A DNA stretch of 64,000 nt from Bacteroidota bacterium (GCA_024638565.1 JAHEKC010000005.1:519-64518); one strand, 5' to 3'. Numbered from the stretch's first letter, positions 48,656 to 58,724 are shown. Translations and numbers: made by a program. Notes: generated by a model not told the origin, from the letters alone.

Positions 48656-50017
48656 TCAGTAGACACTCACATCATCCACCCGGTAAGTCGTGGTATTATT
48701 CGTGCCGTCGCCCGTGTACCTGAACCCGATATACCCGCTGCCGCTGAACATGGTAAGCGGAACGTTTCCGGAGGGCACCCAGTCATAGTTGTTGTTCGCC
48801 TGCCCTGCAAGCGTGGGGGACAGCGGTGTCCAGGTGGCGCCGGCAAACCCGCCTGCCGTGCCGTCAAAATCGGTGGAAATAAAAACGGCAAGCCCGTCAT
48901 GCGCCCAGAATGCCTGCGCGGAAATGAACGACAGGGTGTCCGCCGATGCCAGGTTCAGTTCAGGAGTGATCAGCCAGGTTTCCATGGCCGGCAGGCTGCT
49001 GCCGAAGGCCGTGGCCTGCCCGAAACTGTTTCCGCTGAAGGAGCCCCCGCGCCAGTACCGGTTCCCCTGGATGGCCAGGTTAAGCCAGCCGGAAAGTGCG
49101 ATGTCGGTGTTGTCCGACACGCCATCGAACGTTTCGGAAAGAATGGTGAAGCCGCCGGGTGGTGCCGCGCCGCATCGAGGCCCGGTAAATATGACATCGG
49201 AGGTGTTTCGGATCTTGATTTGCATGTCGGCAAGGTCCCACAGCCCGTTGGAATCGAATATCTGCAGGATGGCGTATACCCTGCCGTTGCCGTCGGGTAC
49301 GTTAGTGTTCGCGAATTCTGAAAACCCGCTGGTGCGCAGCACGATGCTCCCCGCCTGGCAGGTGTTGACCGTAAGGTTGCGGTCAATCTGCAGGAACCCG
49401 TTGGCGTAGGTCGTGTCAGGTACTGCAAACTCCGCGCTGTCAATAACCACCAGCCGGTTCAGGTAGGAGCGGTAATTGGAAAAGGCAAGGTCACCGGGGC
49501 GCAGGGTTACCGCGTCGACCGGGTGATAGTAGGAGCCCTTGATCAAAAAGTCCCTTACCAGTAGGGAGGGAATGCGGCCGAGCGTGCCGTCGGGCTCGAC
49601 AAAGGCACCCAGCTGGATAAGCCCGTTGTAATCGCCTATCCATAAACCCCTGCATTTGACGAACACTTTGCGGCCCAGGGGATACTCGGAATGATAGTCG
49701 GACCGGTCCAGCACCACGGCAATGCCGCCGGTATGGTCCTGAAGTATGATCTCCTTGAAGAAGTTGCCTGATTTGTCGTCGGCCGCCACGATAGTTTCAA
49801 TGTAGACATCGGCGGTAATTTCCACCGCGCCGTTCGGGGCAAACCATCCCAGGAGGCTGTCCACGCTGATCTTTGTGCCGGATACTGCCGGGTCACCGGT
49901 AGAGGGCGAGGGGTTGTCATAGTCATTTTTTATACACCCTGACAGGATGACCGTGGCCAGCAGGATGGCCGGCAGGTGCTTCAATGAGTTGTTCGGTTGA
50001 AAAATGATGTTCCGCAT
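48656..50017 (-). CDS. Surface lipoprotein (DUF5689 / choice-of-anchor-J-like) partnered with the upstream TonB-dependent receptor
   Basis: 453 aa. Lipobox ILSGC. The C-terminal ...GFRYTGDGTNNTTTYRVDDVSVY is typical of these anchor-like domains. It begins 10 nt after the receptor stop. Confidence 0.55.
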   Translation of the reverse strand: MRNIIFQPNNSLKHLPAILLATVILSGCIKNDYDNPSPSTGDPAVSGTKISVDSLLGWFAPNGAVEITADVYIETIVAADDKSGNFFKEIILQDHTGGIAVVLDRSDYHSEYPLGRKVFVKCRGLWIGDYNGLIQLGAFVEPDGTLGRIPSLLVRDFLIKGSYYHPVDAVTLRPGDLAFSNYRSYLNRLVVIDSAEFAVPDTTYANGFLQIDRNLTVNTCQAGSIVLRTSGFSEFANTNVPDGNGRVYAILQIFDSNGLWDLADMQIKIRNTSDVIFTGPRCGAAPPGGFTILSETFDGVSDNTDIALSGWLNLAIQGNRYWRGGSFSGNSFGQATAFGSSLPAMETWLITPELNLASADTLSFISAQAFWAHDGLAVFISTDFDGTAGGFAGATWTPLSPTLAGQANNNYDWVPSGNVPLTMFSGSGYIGFRYTGDGTNNTTTYRVDDVSVY

Positions 50018-50027
50018 TTTCTCTGTC

Positions 50028-52739
50028 TTAATTAAAGCGTAGGATCAGGCTCAGGTAATAGGTGGTACCGTAGGCGAAATAATATTTGGGAGTGAAGAAT
50101 TCAAGATCGTCGATCTCGCTGTACCTGGAATACTCGTACCCGCCGGTTATGAGCTCTTTGTTGTTCAGCAGGTTGTTCACGCCCAGCTGGAATACCAGGT
50201 AATTTCTTTTTTTCATGGACCTGAACGTGTTATCGAGTTTCCAGGACCAGCGGGCAAACATATCCACGGTGACCTGCCCGCCGGTTTCCTCCTGCCGGAG
50301 GATGGCTTGCCAGTCGTCCGAGCCGGGCTCGACCAGGTCCAGCGCCTCGCGGTTGCGGCGCCCGGGGAAGTAATCTATATACGTGCGGTCGAAATAGTTG
50401 ACATTGGCGGTTATAAACCAGTGGCGCGGTGATCGGTACTTGATACCCATTGTCAGGGCTGTCTGCGGCGTGCCGGCCACGTGCAGGTTTTTGATGAATA
50501 CCGTATCGTTTGCGGTGATCACGGTGGCGAGGTTATCCTGCGTCACCACGGCCACCGGCCTTTCCGAATAGTAGTATTCCCCGACGGCCGCCGCGGCTTC
50601 AATGCTCCATCCGCCACCGATGTCCGCATTGACCCCGGCTTCGATGCCACGATGTGTCGTTTCGACCCCTTTCTGGGTGTAGTTCACAAATGCATCGTTG
50701 CTGTCATCGTAATAGCTCTTGGTGCGGGTGCCGTTGGAAAAGACACCCAGGAACCCGGTAAGCCTTACTTTCAGCCGCGGGGCTTTCAGCTGGTAGCCAC
50801 CTTCCACCATCCGGATGTCTTCGTTCTCCAGGCCCGGAGCCACCTGGTTCCGCGTGCGGGGTGAGACGAAGCTGTTTTCGAATACAGGTGCCTTTGTGCC
50901 GCTGAAAGCGTTCAGGTAAAAGTAATTCCGGCCGTCGACCTTGTAGGTGATCCCCGCCTTCAGGGAATAGTTATAAAAATCGAGCGTTTCTGATTTCCCG
51001 AGCGAGCTGTCGGGGAACAGCCCGTTGCGGTAGTGGCCGTCACGGAAAAACGAAACCGACGACAGTTCGGCGGCGGCGAAGTAGTCGAACTTGCTCTTTT
51101 CGATCCTTGCCTGCAGCCACGCGGCGGACCGGCGGACGGAAGCCGTGTAATGGTAACTGAACTTTTCACCTTCCGTTGCCCTGCGGTCGGGATTTTCCAG
51201 GTCGTTCTGGTAGGCTTCCGGGGTGCCGGGGAAGTCCCGGCGGGCGAACTTGTTGATGTCGAGCACGTACGCTGCACCCAGCAGGTCGTTTACTTCCTTG
51301 TAGTGCTCCGACTGCTGGCTGACGAACGAAAGCCCCCCGTTAATGGTATTGCCATCGCCCGAAAGGGTGATCACGCTGTTAAATGAAAGAATGTCGTTTT
51401 CCGTTACGCGGTCGCTGAGTACATACACCGCGGTGTCGCCTGACAGGAAGTTGGCCTGGTACATCATATCCCAGTCTACCTGGCGGGCAGCCTCGTCATT
51501 CCGCAGCAGCTGCGCCAGCTGGTCGCCCGCTCCCGTGAAACCCTGGACATAATACCAGGAAGGAAGGTTGCGGTAATAGTCGGGTCGCGGGTCAGGTGCC
51601 TCGAACCAGTCCAGGGAAGAAACCGCTGAACGGCCCGTGACATATCCCACTGCGGAAAAAACCGAAACACTTTCATTGATGGCATAGTCGTGCGTCAGGA
51701 TGGTTGCCGGCTGGTGTCCCTCGCGGACACGTGCATTGCGTTTCTGCCCGTCCTGGTAACCCCAGTTGGGGTTGTAGTAATTCGTCCCTGCCAGTTCATT
51801 CATTTCCCGCACGGACGCGGATGCCAGGCCGGCGCGGGAGGGCGCACCGATGATGGTGAGCGCGAGCGAGTGGTTGGGGTGGAATATCTTTTCGGCGGAC
51901 CCGAAGTAACCCCAGCTGTCATAAAAGGTGCCGTCCACGTATCCTTCCTGCGCCCATCGGCGGGAGCCGCCGAGGGCGAACGACCATCCGCCCGGGAGGA
52001 TGCCGGTGCCGTACGAGCCCATGATGCGGTTCGTGTATGACCCGTTGGCGGAGGACCAGGTAAACTGCGCTTGTTTTCGCTGTCCTGCCGCCCGGCTGTC
52101 AATAAGGTATGAGCCTCCCGCGCCACCGAAGGCATAATTGGCGGGCGTCAGTCCTGTGACGGATTCCCGGTTGCGCACCATGTCATTCAGCCCGCTCCAG
52201 AGGTAATACATATTGCGTCCCCGGCGCAGGTCTGTCATCGGGGCACCGTTCATGTAAGCGGAAAAATGCTTTTGATTGTAGCCACGCAGGCGAAACCGCG
52301 CTGCCCCGAAACGGTATGCCGCCGCCGATTCAAATGCATCCCTGGAGGCGCCCAGTATGCCGGCCACGTCCTCACCGTCATCATCCTCAAAATCCGCTTC
52401 CGCAATCGTCACTACCGGCAGGCCTCCGTCTTCGTAGCTCATTCCTGCGGTGTAGAATGAAAGTTCTTCCAGGGTTACATCATCCTTGACAGAAACGGCA
52501 TGCACCAGCCGGGCATGTCCGGGAAGGTCGACCCACAGATCGTACGTGCCGGCTTCGACATCCATGATGGCAAAACGGCCCGCCGCATCGGTAGTATCGG
52601 ACAGGGTGGTGCCGGCCAGTTGCACCACCGCTCCTGCCACCGGGTCCTGGTCTTCTGTGACCGTGCCGCTCAGCGTCGCCTGTTGCGCCCGCAATGCTAC
52701 GGGGGCAAAAGCCAGCAGGAGGATCACCAATCTACACAT
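50028..52739 (-). CDS. TonB-dependent outer-membrane receptor with an N-terminal carboxypeptidase-regulatory-like domain
   Basis: ATG at 52739 (MCRLVILLLAFAPVALRAQQ). CarbopepD_reg-like region SGTVTED..GAVVQL..TDAAGRF. Plug domain (FRLRGY...NGAPM) and a large C-terminal barrel. Confidence 0.8.
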   Translation of the reverse strand: MCRLVILLLAFAPVALRAQQATLSGTVTEDQDPVAGAVVQLAGTTLSDTTDAAGRFAIMDVEAGTYDLWVDLPGHARLVHAVSVKDDVTLEELSFYTAGMSYEDGGLPVVTIAEADFEDDDGEDVAGILGASRDAFESAAAYRFGAARFRLRGYNQKHFSAYMNGAPMTDLRRGRNMYYLWSGLNDMVRNRESVTGLTPANYAFGGAGGSYLIDSRAAGQRKQAQFTWSSANGSYTNRIMGSYGTGILPGGWSFALGGSRRWAQEGYVDGTFYDSWGYFGSAEKIFHPNHSLALTIIGAPSRAGLASASVREMNELAGTNYYNPNWGYQDGQKRNARVREGHQPATILTHDYAINESVSVFSAVGYVTGRSAVSSLDWFEAPDPRPDYYRNLPSWYYVQGFTGAGDQLAQLLRNDEAARQVDWDMMYQANFLSGDTAVYVLSDRVTENDILSFNSVITLSGDGNTINGGLSFVSQQSEHYKEVNDLLGAAYVLDINKFARRDFPGTPEAYQNDLENPDRRATEGEKFSYHYTASVRRSAAWLQARIEKSKFDYFAAAELSSVSFFRDGHYRNGLFPDSSLGKSETLDFYNYSLKAGITYKVDGRNYFYLNAFSGTKAPVFENSFVSPRTRNQVAPGLENEDIRMVEGGYQLKAPRLKVRLTGFLGVFSNGTRTKSYYDDSNDAFVNYTQKGVETTHRGIEAGVNADIGGGWSIEAAAAVGEYYYSERPVAVVTQDNLATVITANDTVFIKNLHVAGTPQTALTMGIKYRSPRHWFITANVNYFDRTYIDYFPGRRNREALDLVEPGSDDWQAILRQEETGGQVTVDMFARWSWKLDNTFRSMKKRNYLVFQLGVNNLLNNKELITGGYEYSRYSEIDDLEFFTPKYYFAYGTTYYLSLILRFN

Positions 52740-52859
52740 GAAAAAAGCCAGGGTCCGGGTTAGTGGTGTAAAGCTAATCAAACGGCATTGCAGGGAAATG
52801 TTTCCATGATAAATTATTGCATACCTTTATAAGTATATATGATATCAGGGTGGAATTTC

Positions 52860-53690
52860 ATGCGCACGGGCGCAATGCTTGCTGTTATTGCGCCTTTTTT
52901 TTTAAAGCAGGCTTCCGGGCAGGTGATGAGCCAGGGGCCCTTCAATCCGGGTGCGGTTACCTATGAGTTCGTCGGTTGCCTGGGATGTCCGGGTGCGGAA
53001 TGGCTGAACCCGCAGCTGGCCATGCTCCCTGACAGCCAGTTTGCATCGACACCCCTCCAGGCCTATCCGAATTGCTTTCAAAGCGCCTGCTACCATGCGC
53101 GGGGAATGCTGGCCAGTGGATTCGGATTCAGCATACCACCGAATGCCACTGTTACCGGCATAACGGTAGACATCTTGCGCAAGGCATATACCTCGGGGAC
53201 CATTCGCGATTCGGCGGTGGCGCTGATCAAGAACGGCCAGAATGCGGGAGCACCCAAGGTGGGACCCGATCCGTGGCCGCTGATGGCGCAATACAAGACC
53301 TATGGCGATACAGCCGATGTATGGGGGACCACATGGACACCGGCAGATCTGAACAGCGCGCAGTTTGGCGTATACCTGAAGCCCATGAACAAGTCCGGGG
53401 GATTTGATTCTGCTGCCGTGGACCAAATCAGGGTAACGGCCCATTATACCGTTCCCGTATCCGTTCCGCTCCTGGCGGGCCATGAGCTGAGCTTTTACTA
53501 TGATCCCGGCACCCGTGAGCTGGTCCTGCAAAGTGCCGGGAAAGAGGGGATCGTCCGGGTTTACGATTCCGCCGGCCGCCTGGCGTGGGCGGGGTCCTGT
53601 GATGGGGTTTGCAGGCCCACACTGGCACCCGGGCTATATGTGGCCACTTTGTTGAATGGGCCGTCCATCCGGTTCGTCATGGCTGAGTGA
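52860..53690 (+). CDS. Hypothetical secreted protein with a probable T9SS C-terminal sorting domain
   Basis: ATG at 52860 (MRTGAMLAVIAPFFLKQASGQ). The C-terminal ...ELVLQSAGKEGIVRVYDSAGRLAWAGS...LAPGLYVATLLNGPSIRFV resembles Por-type sorting domains. It is transcribed divergently from the TonB receptor. Confidence 0.5.
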   Translation: MRTGAMLAVIAPFFLKQASGQVMSQGPFNPGAVTYEFVGCLGCPGAEWLNPQLAMLPDSQFASTPLQAYPNCFQSACYHARGMLASGFGFSIPPNATVTGITVDILRKAYTSGTIRDSAVALIKNGQNAGAPKVGPDPWPLMAQYKTYGDTADVWGTTWTPADLNSAQFGVYLKPMNKSGGFDSAAVDQIRVTAHYTVPVSVPLLAGHELSFYYDPGTRELVLQSAGKEGIVRVYDSAGRLAWAGSCDGVCRPTLAPGLYVATLLNGPSIRFVMAE

Positions 53691-53714
53691 TACCAGGCAG
53701 TCCGCATTTCTAAT

Positions 53715-53873
53715 GTGAAACCATCTCAAAGATGTTTCAGGATAATATGCCCGCCCACACATCTAACTCCTCAAGGGGGAGGCCACGCGTCAAAGTGTCG
53801 AGAACGGTTGTCCCTCCAGGGAACCAGAGGGTAGCGCGAGACACTGCCTGTATTTGAGATGGATTATGGTTTC
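53715..53873 (+). other. Roughly 160-nt element with long-range complementarity and internal stems (candidate cis-regulatory RNA/ncRNA or MITE-like remnant) upstream of the EEP lipoprotein gene
   Basis: GAAACCATCTCAAAG at 53716-53730 is complementary to TTTGAGATGG..GGTTTC at 53854-53873. Internal stems are CTCCTC/GGAGG, CCCTC/GAGGG and GTGTCGAG/CGAGACAC. Confidence 0.3.
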
Positions 53874-53913
53874 TTTTCCGGAACTCATTCATTACGTAGC
53901 TTTACAAGCCGTT

Positions 53914-54960
53914 ATGTCTAAAAAACTCCTGTGGTGTGTGTTGTGGCTTGTCCCCTTGTACGGGTGTGCACAGGATAATGGGGAGCGGCATTACCGGATC
54001 GCCCTGGTGGGTTTTTACAACCTGGAAAATCTGTTTGATACCCTGGACGGGCCGAATAATGACGAGGAGTTTCTCCCGCGCGGAGCGAAACAGTACACCG
54101 GTGCCGTTTATTGGGACAAGCTGGATAAACTGGTACGTGTTATTTCCGGAATCGGCAAGAACCGCTCTCCCGACGGTCTTGCGTTGATGGGTTGTGCAGA
54201 GGTAGAGAATGAAACCGTGCTCCGGGACCTGGTGGCGCATCCGGGCCTGGCGGATCGCAACTATGGCTACGTGCATTTCGACTCGCCGGATGAGCGCGGC
54301 ATCGACGTGGCGTTGCTGTATAACCCCCGATATTTTTATTTATTTACCGGCAGGCCACTGCTTGTCGACAACCGTTATCCGGACGGCAGCCCGCGGCACA
54401 CGCGTGATATCCTGTATGTTCACGGGAAGCTGTCAGGGGAGGAGGTTCATGTGCTGGTGGCACACTGGCCGTCACGACGGGGGGGTGAGCAGGCGACATC
54501 GCCTTACCGGGAGCAGGCCGCGGCCGTTTGCCGCACCGTGATCGATTCGGTACTGGCGGCAGACCCGGGGGCGCGCATCATTTTAATGGGAGACCTGAAC
54601 GACGATCCCGTAAACAAAAGTGTGGTTGAAGTGCTTGAAAGTAAATCGGAGCCTGAAGAGGTGGATGGCAGCAGCATGTACAACCCGTGGATGGAATACT
54701 ACCGCAGCGGTAAGGGAACGCTGGCTTACAGGGATGCCTGGAACCTGTTCGACCAGATCCTGCTGTCCGGCGCATGGCTTGACCGCACCGGTGACGGTTT
54801 TTTCTTTCATAAGGCTGTTATCTATCATAAATCCTGGATGAGACAGCACCGGGGCAGGTACCGCGGATATCCGTTACGGACTTACAACTGGAATAAATAC
54901 ATGGGAGGGTACAGCGATCACTTTCCAACTTACGTGGTCCTGCTCAAGGCGCGGGATTGA
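53914..54960 (+). CDS. Endonuclease/exonuclease/phosphatase (EEP) family lipoprotein
   Basis: ATG at 53914 (MSKKLLWCVLWLVPLYGCAQ). GFYNLENLFD...HFDSPDERGIDVALL...LMGDLNDDP...YSDHFP are EEP catalytic motifs. Confidence 0.75.
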   Translation: MSKKLLWCVLWLVPLYGCAQDNGERHYRIALVGFYNLENLFDTLDGPNNDEEFLPRGAKQYTGAVYWDKLDKLVRVISGIGKNRSPDGLALMGCAEVENETVLRDLVAHPGLADRNYGYVHFDSPDERGIDVALLYNPRYFYLFTGRPLLVDNRYPDGSPRHTRDILYVHGKLSGEEVHVLVAHWPSRRGGEQATSPYREQAAAVCRTVIDSVLAADPGARIILMGDLNDDPVNKSVVEVLESKSEPEEVDGSSMYNPWMEYYRSGKGTLAYRDAWNLFDQILLSGAWLDRTGDGFFFHKAVIYHKSWMRQHRGRYRGYPLRTYNWNKYMGGYSDHFPTYVVLLKARD

Positions 54961-55041
54961 TGCGTGCCGGGATGAGCGTGACCGGCATCGGCCTCTTGTC
55001 AAATTACTACCTTCGTACACCTACACCATACTTTTACGGAA

Positions 55042-56016
55042 ATGAATAAGGGACCTGTTTCAGGGTTTATGGAGCGCCATTACCGGCACTTTAATGCAGC
55101 CTCGGTGGTGGATGCCGCACGGGCCTATGAAGAATCGCTTGAGAACGGTGGGCAAATGATGGTTACGCTCGCGGGCGCCATGAGCACCGGTGAACTGGGG
55201 TTGTCGCTCGCGGAGATGATCCGGCAGGACAAGGTGCAAATCATTTCCTGTACCGGTGCCAACCTGGAAGAGGACCTGATGAACCTGGTGGCGCATTCAC
55301 ACTACAAGCGCATACCGGAATACCGCGACCTGACACCGGCGCAGGAATGGGAACTGCTGGAACAGAAGCTCAACCGGGTCACAGATACCTGCATTCCTGA
55401 GGAGGAGGCATTCAGGCGGATCGAGCGACTGGCTTTGGATGGCTGGAAGCGCGCCGAAGCGGCAGGTGAACGCTATTTTCCGCACGAATACCTTTACCAG
55501 CTGATCCGAACGGGGGTACTTAAAGCGCATTACGAGATTGACCCCAGTGATTCCTGGCTTGTAGCCGCAGCTGAAAAGAACCTGCCCATAGTCGTGCCGG
55601 GATGGGAGGACAGTACGCTGGGCAACATTTTTTCAGCTTATATGATCCGTGGGGAACTCAAGAGCACCACGGTAAAAAGCGGCGTGGAATACATGGTCAT
55701 GCTTGCCGACTGGTACAGGAATAACTGTGCGGAAAAAGGCGCTGGTTTTTTTCAGATCGGGGGCGGCATAGCGGGCGACTTCCCGATTTGCGTGGTACCC
55801 ATGATGCACCAGGACCTGGGGATCGAGGATGTGTCTTTCTGGAATTACTTTTGCCAGATCTCCGACTCCACCACCAGCTACGGGTCGTACAGCGGCGCAG
55901 TGCCCAATGAAAAGATCACCTGGGGAAAGCTGGGGATCGATACGCCAAAGTTCATTATCGAAAGCGACGCTACCATCGTGGCCCCGCTCGTGTTCGCCTG
56001 GATCCTGGGGTGGTGA
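55042..56016 (+). CDS. Deoxyhypusine-synthase-family protein (bacterial DHS-like / homospermidine-synthase-like)
   Basis: 324 aa. The pattern ...MVTLAGAMSTGELG...IISCTGANLEEDL...VVPGWEDSTLGN...GGGIAGDFP is typical of the DHS fold. Confidence 0.8.
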   Translation: MNKGPVSGFMERHYRHFNAASVVDAARAYEESLENGGQMMVTLAGAMSTGELGLSLAEMIRQDKVQIISCTGANLEEDLMNLVAHSHYKRIPEYRDLTPAQEWELLEQKLNRVTDTCIPEEEAFRRIERLALDGWKRAEAAGERYFPHEYLYQLIRTGVLKAHYEIDPSDSWLVAAAEKNLPIVVPGWEDSTLGNIFSAYMIRGELKSTTVKSGVEYMVMLADWYRNNCAEKGAGFFQIGGGIAGDFPICVVPMMHQDLGIEDVSFWNYFCQISDSTTSYGSYSGAVPNEKITWGKLGIDTPKFIIESDATIVAPLVFAWILGW

Positions 56017-56198
56017 CGGGGTGATGCTGAAATCAGGGAGTTCCAGGCATGGATAATGCGCAGTGCCACTGCCACTTGTTTCACCAACAAACCATTTCCC
56101 TTGTAACGATTGCCTCATCCCGGCAGGTGGCTTAATAATTACTAGATTTGGCTTGATTGCAAAGGGCTTTGGCCATCGTTTTATAAACCAACCCCGCT

Positions 56199-56933
56199 TT
56201 GTCAGCCAACCTGGTCATCATTCCAACGTATAACGAACGGGAAAACATCGCCGCGATCATCGAAGCGGTTCTGGGGCTTCCGGAAACCTTCGATGTACTC
56301 GTGATCGATGACAATTCCGGCGACGGCACGGCGGATATCGTAAGGAAGATGCAGGCCGGTCATCCGGATCGCGTTTTCCTGGAAGTCCGGGAAGGTAAGC
56401 TTGGCCTTGGCACCGCTTATATCCACGGTTTCAAGTGGGCCTTGCAGCGGTCCTATGAATATATTTTCGAAATGGACGCCGATTTTTCCCATAATCCCTC
56501 CGACCTGACGGAATTGCTGGGCGCTTGCCGTGATGACAATGCCGACATGGCAATCGGATCACGATATATCAAAGGCATCACCGTGGTCAACTGGCCTATC
56601 GGAAGGGTGCTGCTTTCCTATTTCGCTTCCGTGTATGTGCGGCGTGTCACCGGTATGCCCGTACGCGATGCCACGGCAGGTTTCGTTTGCTACCGGCGCA
56701 AGGTGCTTGATGCCATAGACCTGGACCGGGTAAAATTCGTCGGCTACGCTTTCCAGATCGAAATGAAGTTCACTGCCTGGAAAACGGGCTTCAGCCTGCA
56801 GGAGGTACCCATCATTTTCGTGGACCGGAAAAAGGGAAAATCAAAGATGAGCGGCGGAATTTTCAGCGAAGCTTTTTTCGGGGTGGTGGAGCTGAAAGTG
56901 AAGAGCTGGTTCCGGAAATACCGGAAAGGGTAG
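56199..56933 (+). CDS. GT2 polyprenol-phosphate mannosyl/glycosyltransferase (Dpm1-like)
   Basis: 244 aa. IIPTYNEREN...VIDDNSGDGT...FEMDADFSHNP motifs. Confidence 0.8.
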   Translation: MSANLVIIPTYNERENIAAIIEAVLGLPETFDVLVIDDNSGDGTADIVRKMQAGHPDRVFLEVREGKLGLGTAYIHGFKWALQRSYEYIFEMDADFSHNPSDLTELLGACRDDNADMAIGSRYIKGITVVNWPIGRVLLSYFASVYVRRVTGMPVRDATAGFVCYRRKVLDAIDLDRVKFVGYAFQIEMKFTAWKTGFSLQEVPIIFVDRKKGKSKMSGGIFSEAFFGVVELKVKSWFRKYRKG

Positions 56934-57245
56934 ACGGGTTGCCTGTAAAAAAACATAGCGTGTATCGTCGTACGTGGTGTGGCTGCCGTTCGGCCGGGCC
57001 ATTCGGTCGGTCGGGAAAGCTTAAAGTTCAAAATTATGATATGCGCGCAAGCAGCCCGAATGACCGGGTCATCGGTCAGGCAGGAAACTTCACCGATCGC
57101 TTTTCACTATTTCAAATGATCCCAACATACCCCCGGCTACTGAAGGGGCGGGCCGACGCACGCTTACTGCTTGCGCTGCTACAGCCACTGCGACCTGACA
57201 AGAAAAGCAGCATCTTGAACGTGGCTAATCGGTTGCCAAATAAAA

Positions 57246-58295
57246 TCACTCCCTGTCCTTGAACGCCTCCCATCCCTGGGCTTTAAGTGGAGTTTCCGTA
57301 TCCCCTTTTCCGATCAATGCCTTCCCGGAATCTTTGTTTGTGATGTGTCCGATCACATGAACATCCTTGATGGTGCGAATTTTTTCGAAGTCGTTCTGGT
57401 TGACAGTGAACAGCAACTCGTAGTCCTCTCCGCCGTTCAGCGCGCATACCGTGGGGTTCATGTTGAACTCCTCTGCCAGTTCGGCTGATTTAACGTCGAT
57501 GGGGATCTTCTCCTCGTAAATCCTGCAGCCGGTTCCGGATTTCTCACAGATATGGAACAGCTCTGACGCGAGGCCATCGGAGATATCCATCATCGAAGTG
57601 GGTTTCACGCCGGCCGTACGGAGGTCTTCCACAATGTCATGCCGGGCCTCTGGTTTAAGCTGTCGTTCCAGCAGGTAGTCATAGCCCGTGAGGTCGGGTT
57701 GCACGCCGGGGTTTTCCGCGAAAACGCGTTTTTCCCGGTTAAGCAGTTGCAGGCCCAGGTAGGCGGCCCCCAGGTCACCGGACACGCAAATCAGGTCATG
57801 CTCTTTGGCCGTGTGCCGGTAGGTCAGCGCATCGCGGTCCGCCTTGCCGATGGCGGTTACGGAAAGGATCAGTCCGCTGGACGAGGCATTGGTATCGCCG
57901 CCCGCCAGGTCCACCTGGTATTTCTGGCATGCCAGCCGGACTCCTTCGAACAGCTCTTCCACGGCCTCCAGCGAAAAGCGGTTGGACAATGCCACGGAAA
58001 CCAGCACCTGTCCCGGCGTGGCATTCATGGCGTAGATGTCGGACAGATTGACCACTATAGCCTTGTAACCCAGGTGTTTAAGCGGCATGTATGACAAATC
58101 GAAATGAACCCCTTCAGCCAGCAGGTCCGTACTGATGACCACAGGCTGCCCTCCGGTATCGATTACAGCGGCATCGTCGCCGATACCGGTCAGGGTGTCG
58201 GCGCGGGTGGCCGGGAATACACTGGCCAGGCGGCTGATAAGGCCGAATTCCCCGATCCGGGACAGCTCCGTCCTGTTTTCCTTGTTCTCGAACAT
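57246..58295 (-). CDS. thiL: Thiamine-monophosphate kinase
   Basis: ATG at 58295 (MFENKENRTELSRIGEFGLISRL...GIGDDAAV). AIR-synthase-related fold. Confidence 0.8.
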   Translation of the reverse strand: MFENKENRTELSRIGEFGLISRLASVFPATRADTLTGIGDDAAVIDTGGQPVVISTDLLAEGVHFDLSYMPLKHLGYKAIVVNLSDIYAMNATPGQVLVSVALSNRFSLEAVEELFEGVRLACQKYQVDLAGGDTNASSSGLILSVTAIGKADRDALTYRHTAKEHDLICVSGDLGAAYLGLQLLNREKRVFAENPGVQPDLTGYDYLLERQLKPEARHDIVEDLRTAGVKPTSMMDISDGLASELFHICEKSGTGCRIYEEKIPIDVKSAELAEEFNMNPTVCALNGGEDYELLFTVNQNDFEKIRTIKDVHVIGHITNKDSGKALIGKGDTETPLKAQGWEAFKDRE

Positions 58296-58397
58296 GAAGA
58301 TTGTCTGACGCAAATGTAAGATTATTAGCGCTTTATGTTACCATGAATCTAGAAATCGTCCCAATATCCATATCTTTGTGTAAATTATACTGAAAAC

Positions 58398-58724
58398 ATG
58401 ATTACGGTCACGGAAAAGGCGAAAAATAAGGCTATAGAGCTCATGAAGGCGGAGGATCGGCCGGATGGCTCCTTCATACGTGTAGGCGTGGAAGGTGGCG
58501 GATGCTCGGGTCTTTCCTATATGCTCACATTCGATAACGAAGTATTGGAGGGGGACAAGGTTTTTGAAGACAAGGGCATTCGTATCGTTTGTGATAAGAA
58601 GTCTTTTCTCTACCTGGTAGGCACCAATCTCGACTTCAGCGACGGATTGAACGGAAAGGGATTCCAGTTCGAAAATCCGAACGCAAACCGTACCTGCGGC
58701 TGTGGTGAGAGCTTTGCCCTCTGA
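58398..58724 (+). CDS. sufA: Fe-S cluster insertion protein, A-type carrier (SufA/IscA/ErpA family)
   Basis: 108 aa. The three conserved Cys lie in GGGCSG...CGCGESF. Confidence 0.85.
   Translation: MITVTEKAKNKAIELMKAEDRPDGSFIRVGVEGGGCSGLSYMLTFDNEVLEGDKVFEDKGIRIVCDKKSFLYLVGTNLDFSDGLNGKGFQFENPNANRTCGCGESFAL

Noticed and set aside
53715-53873. 6S RNA interpretation of the structured element
   Set aside because: The 5' and 3' halves do not pair along their length into the single long interrupted helix with a central bubble that 6S RNA requires. Only the terminal 15 nt pair, enclosing independent local hairpins.
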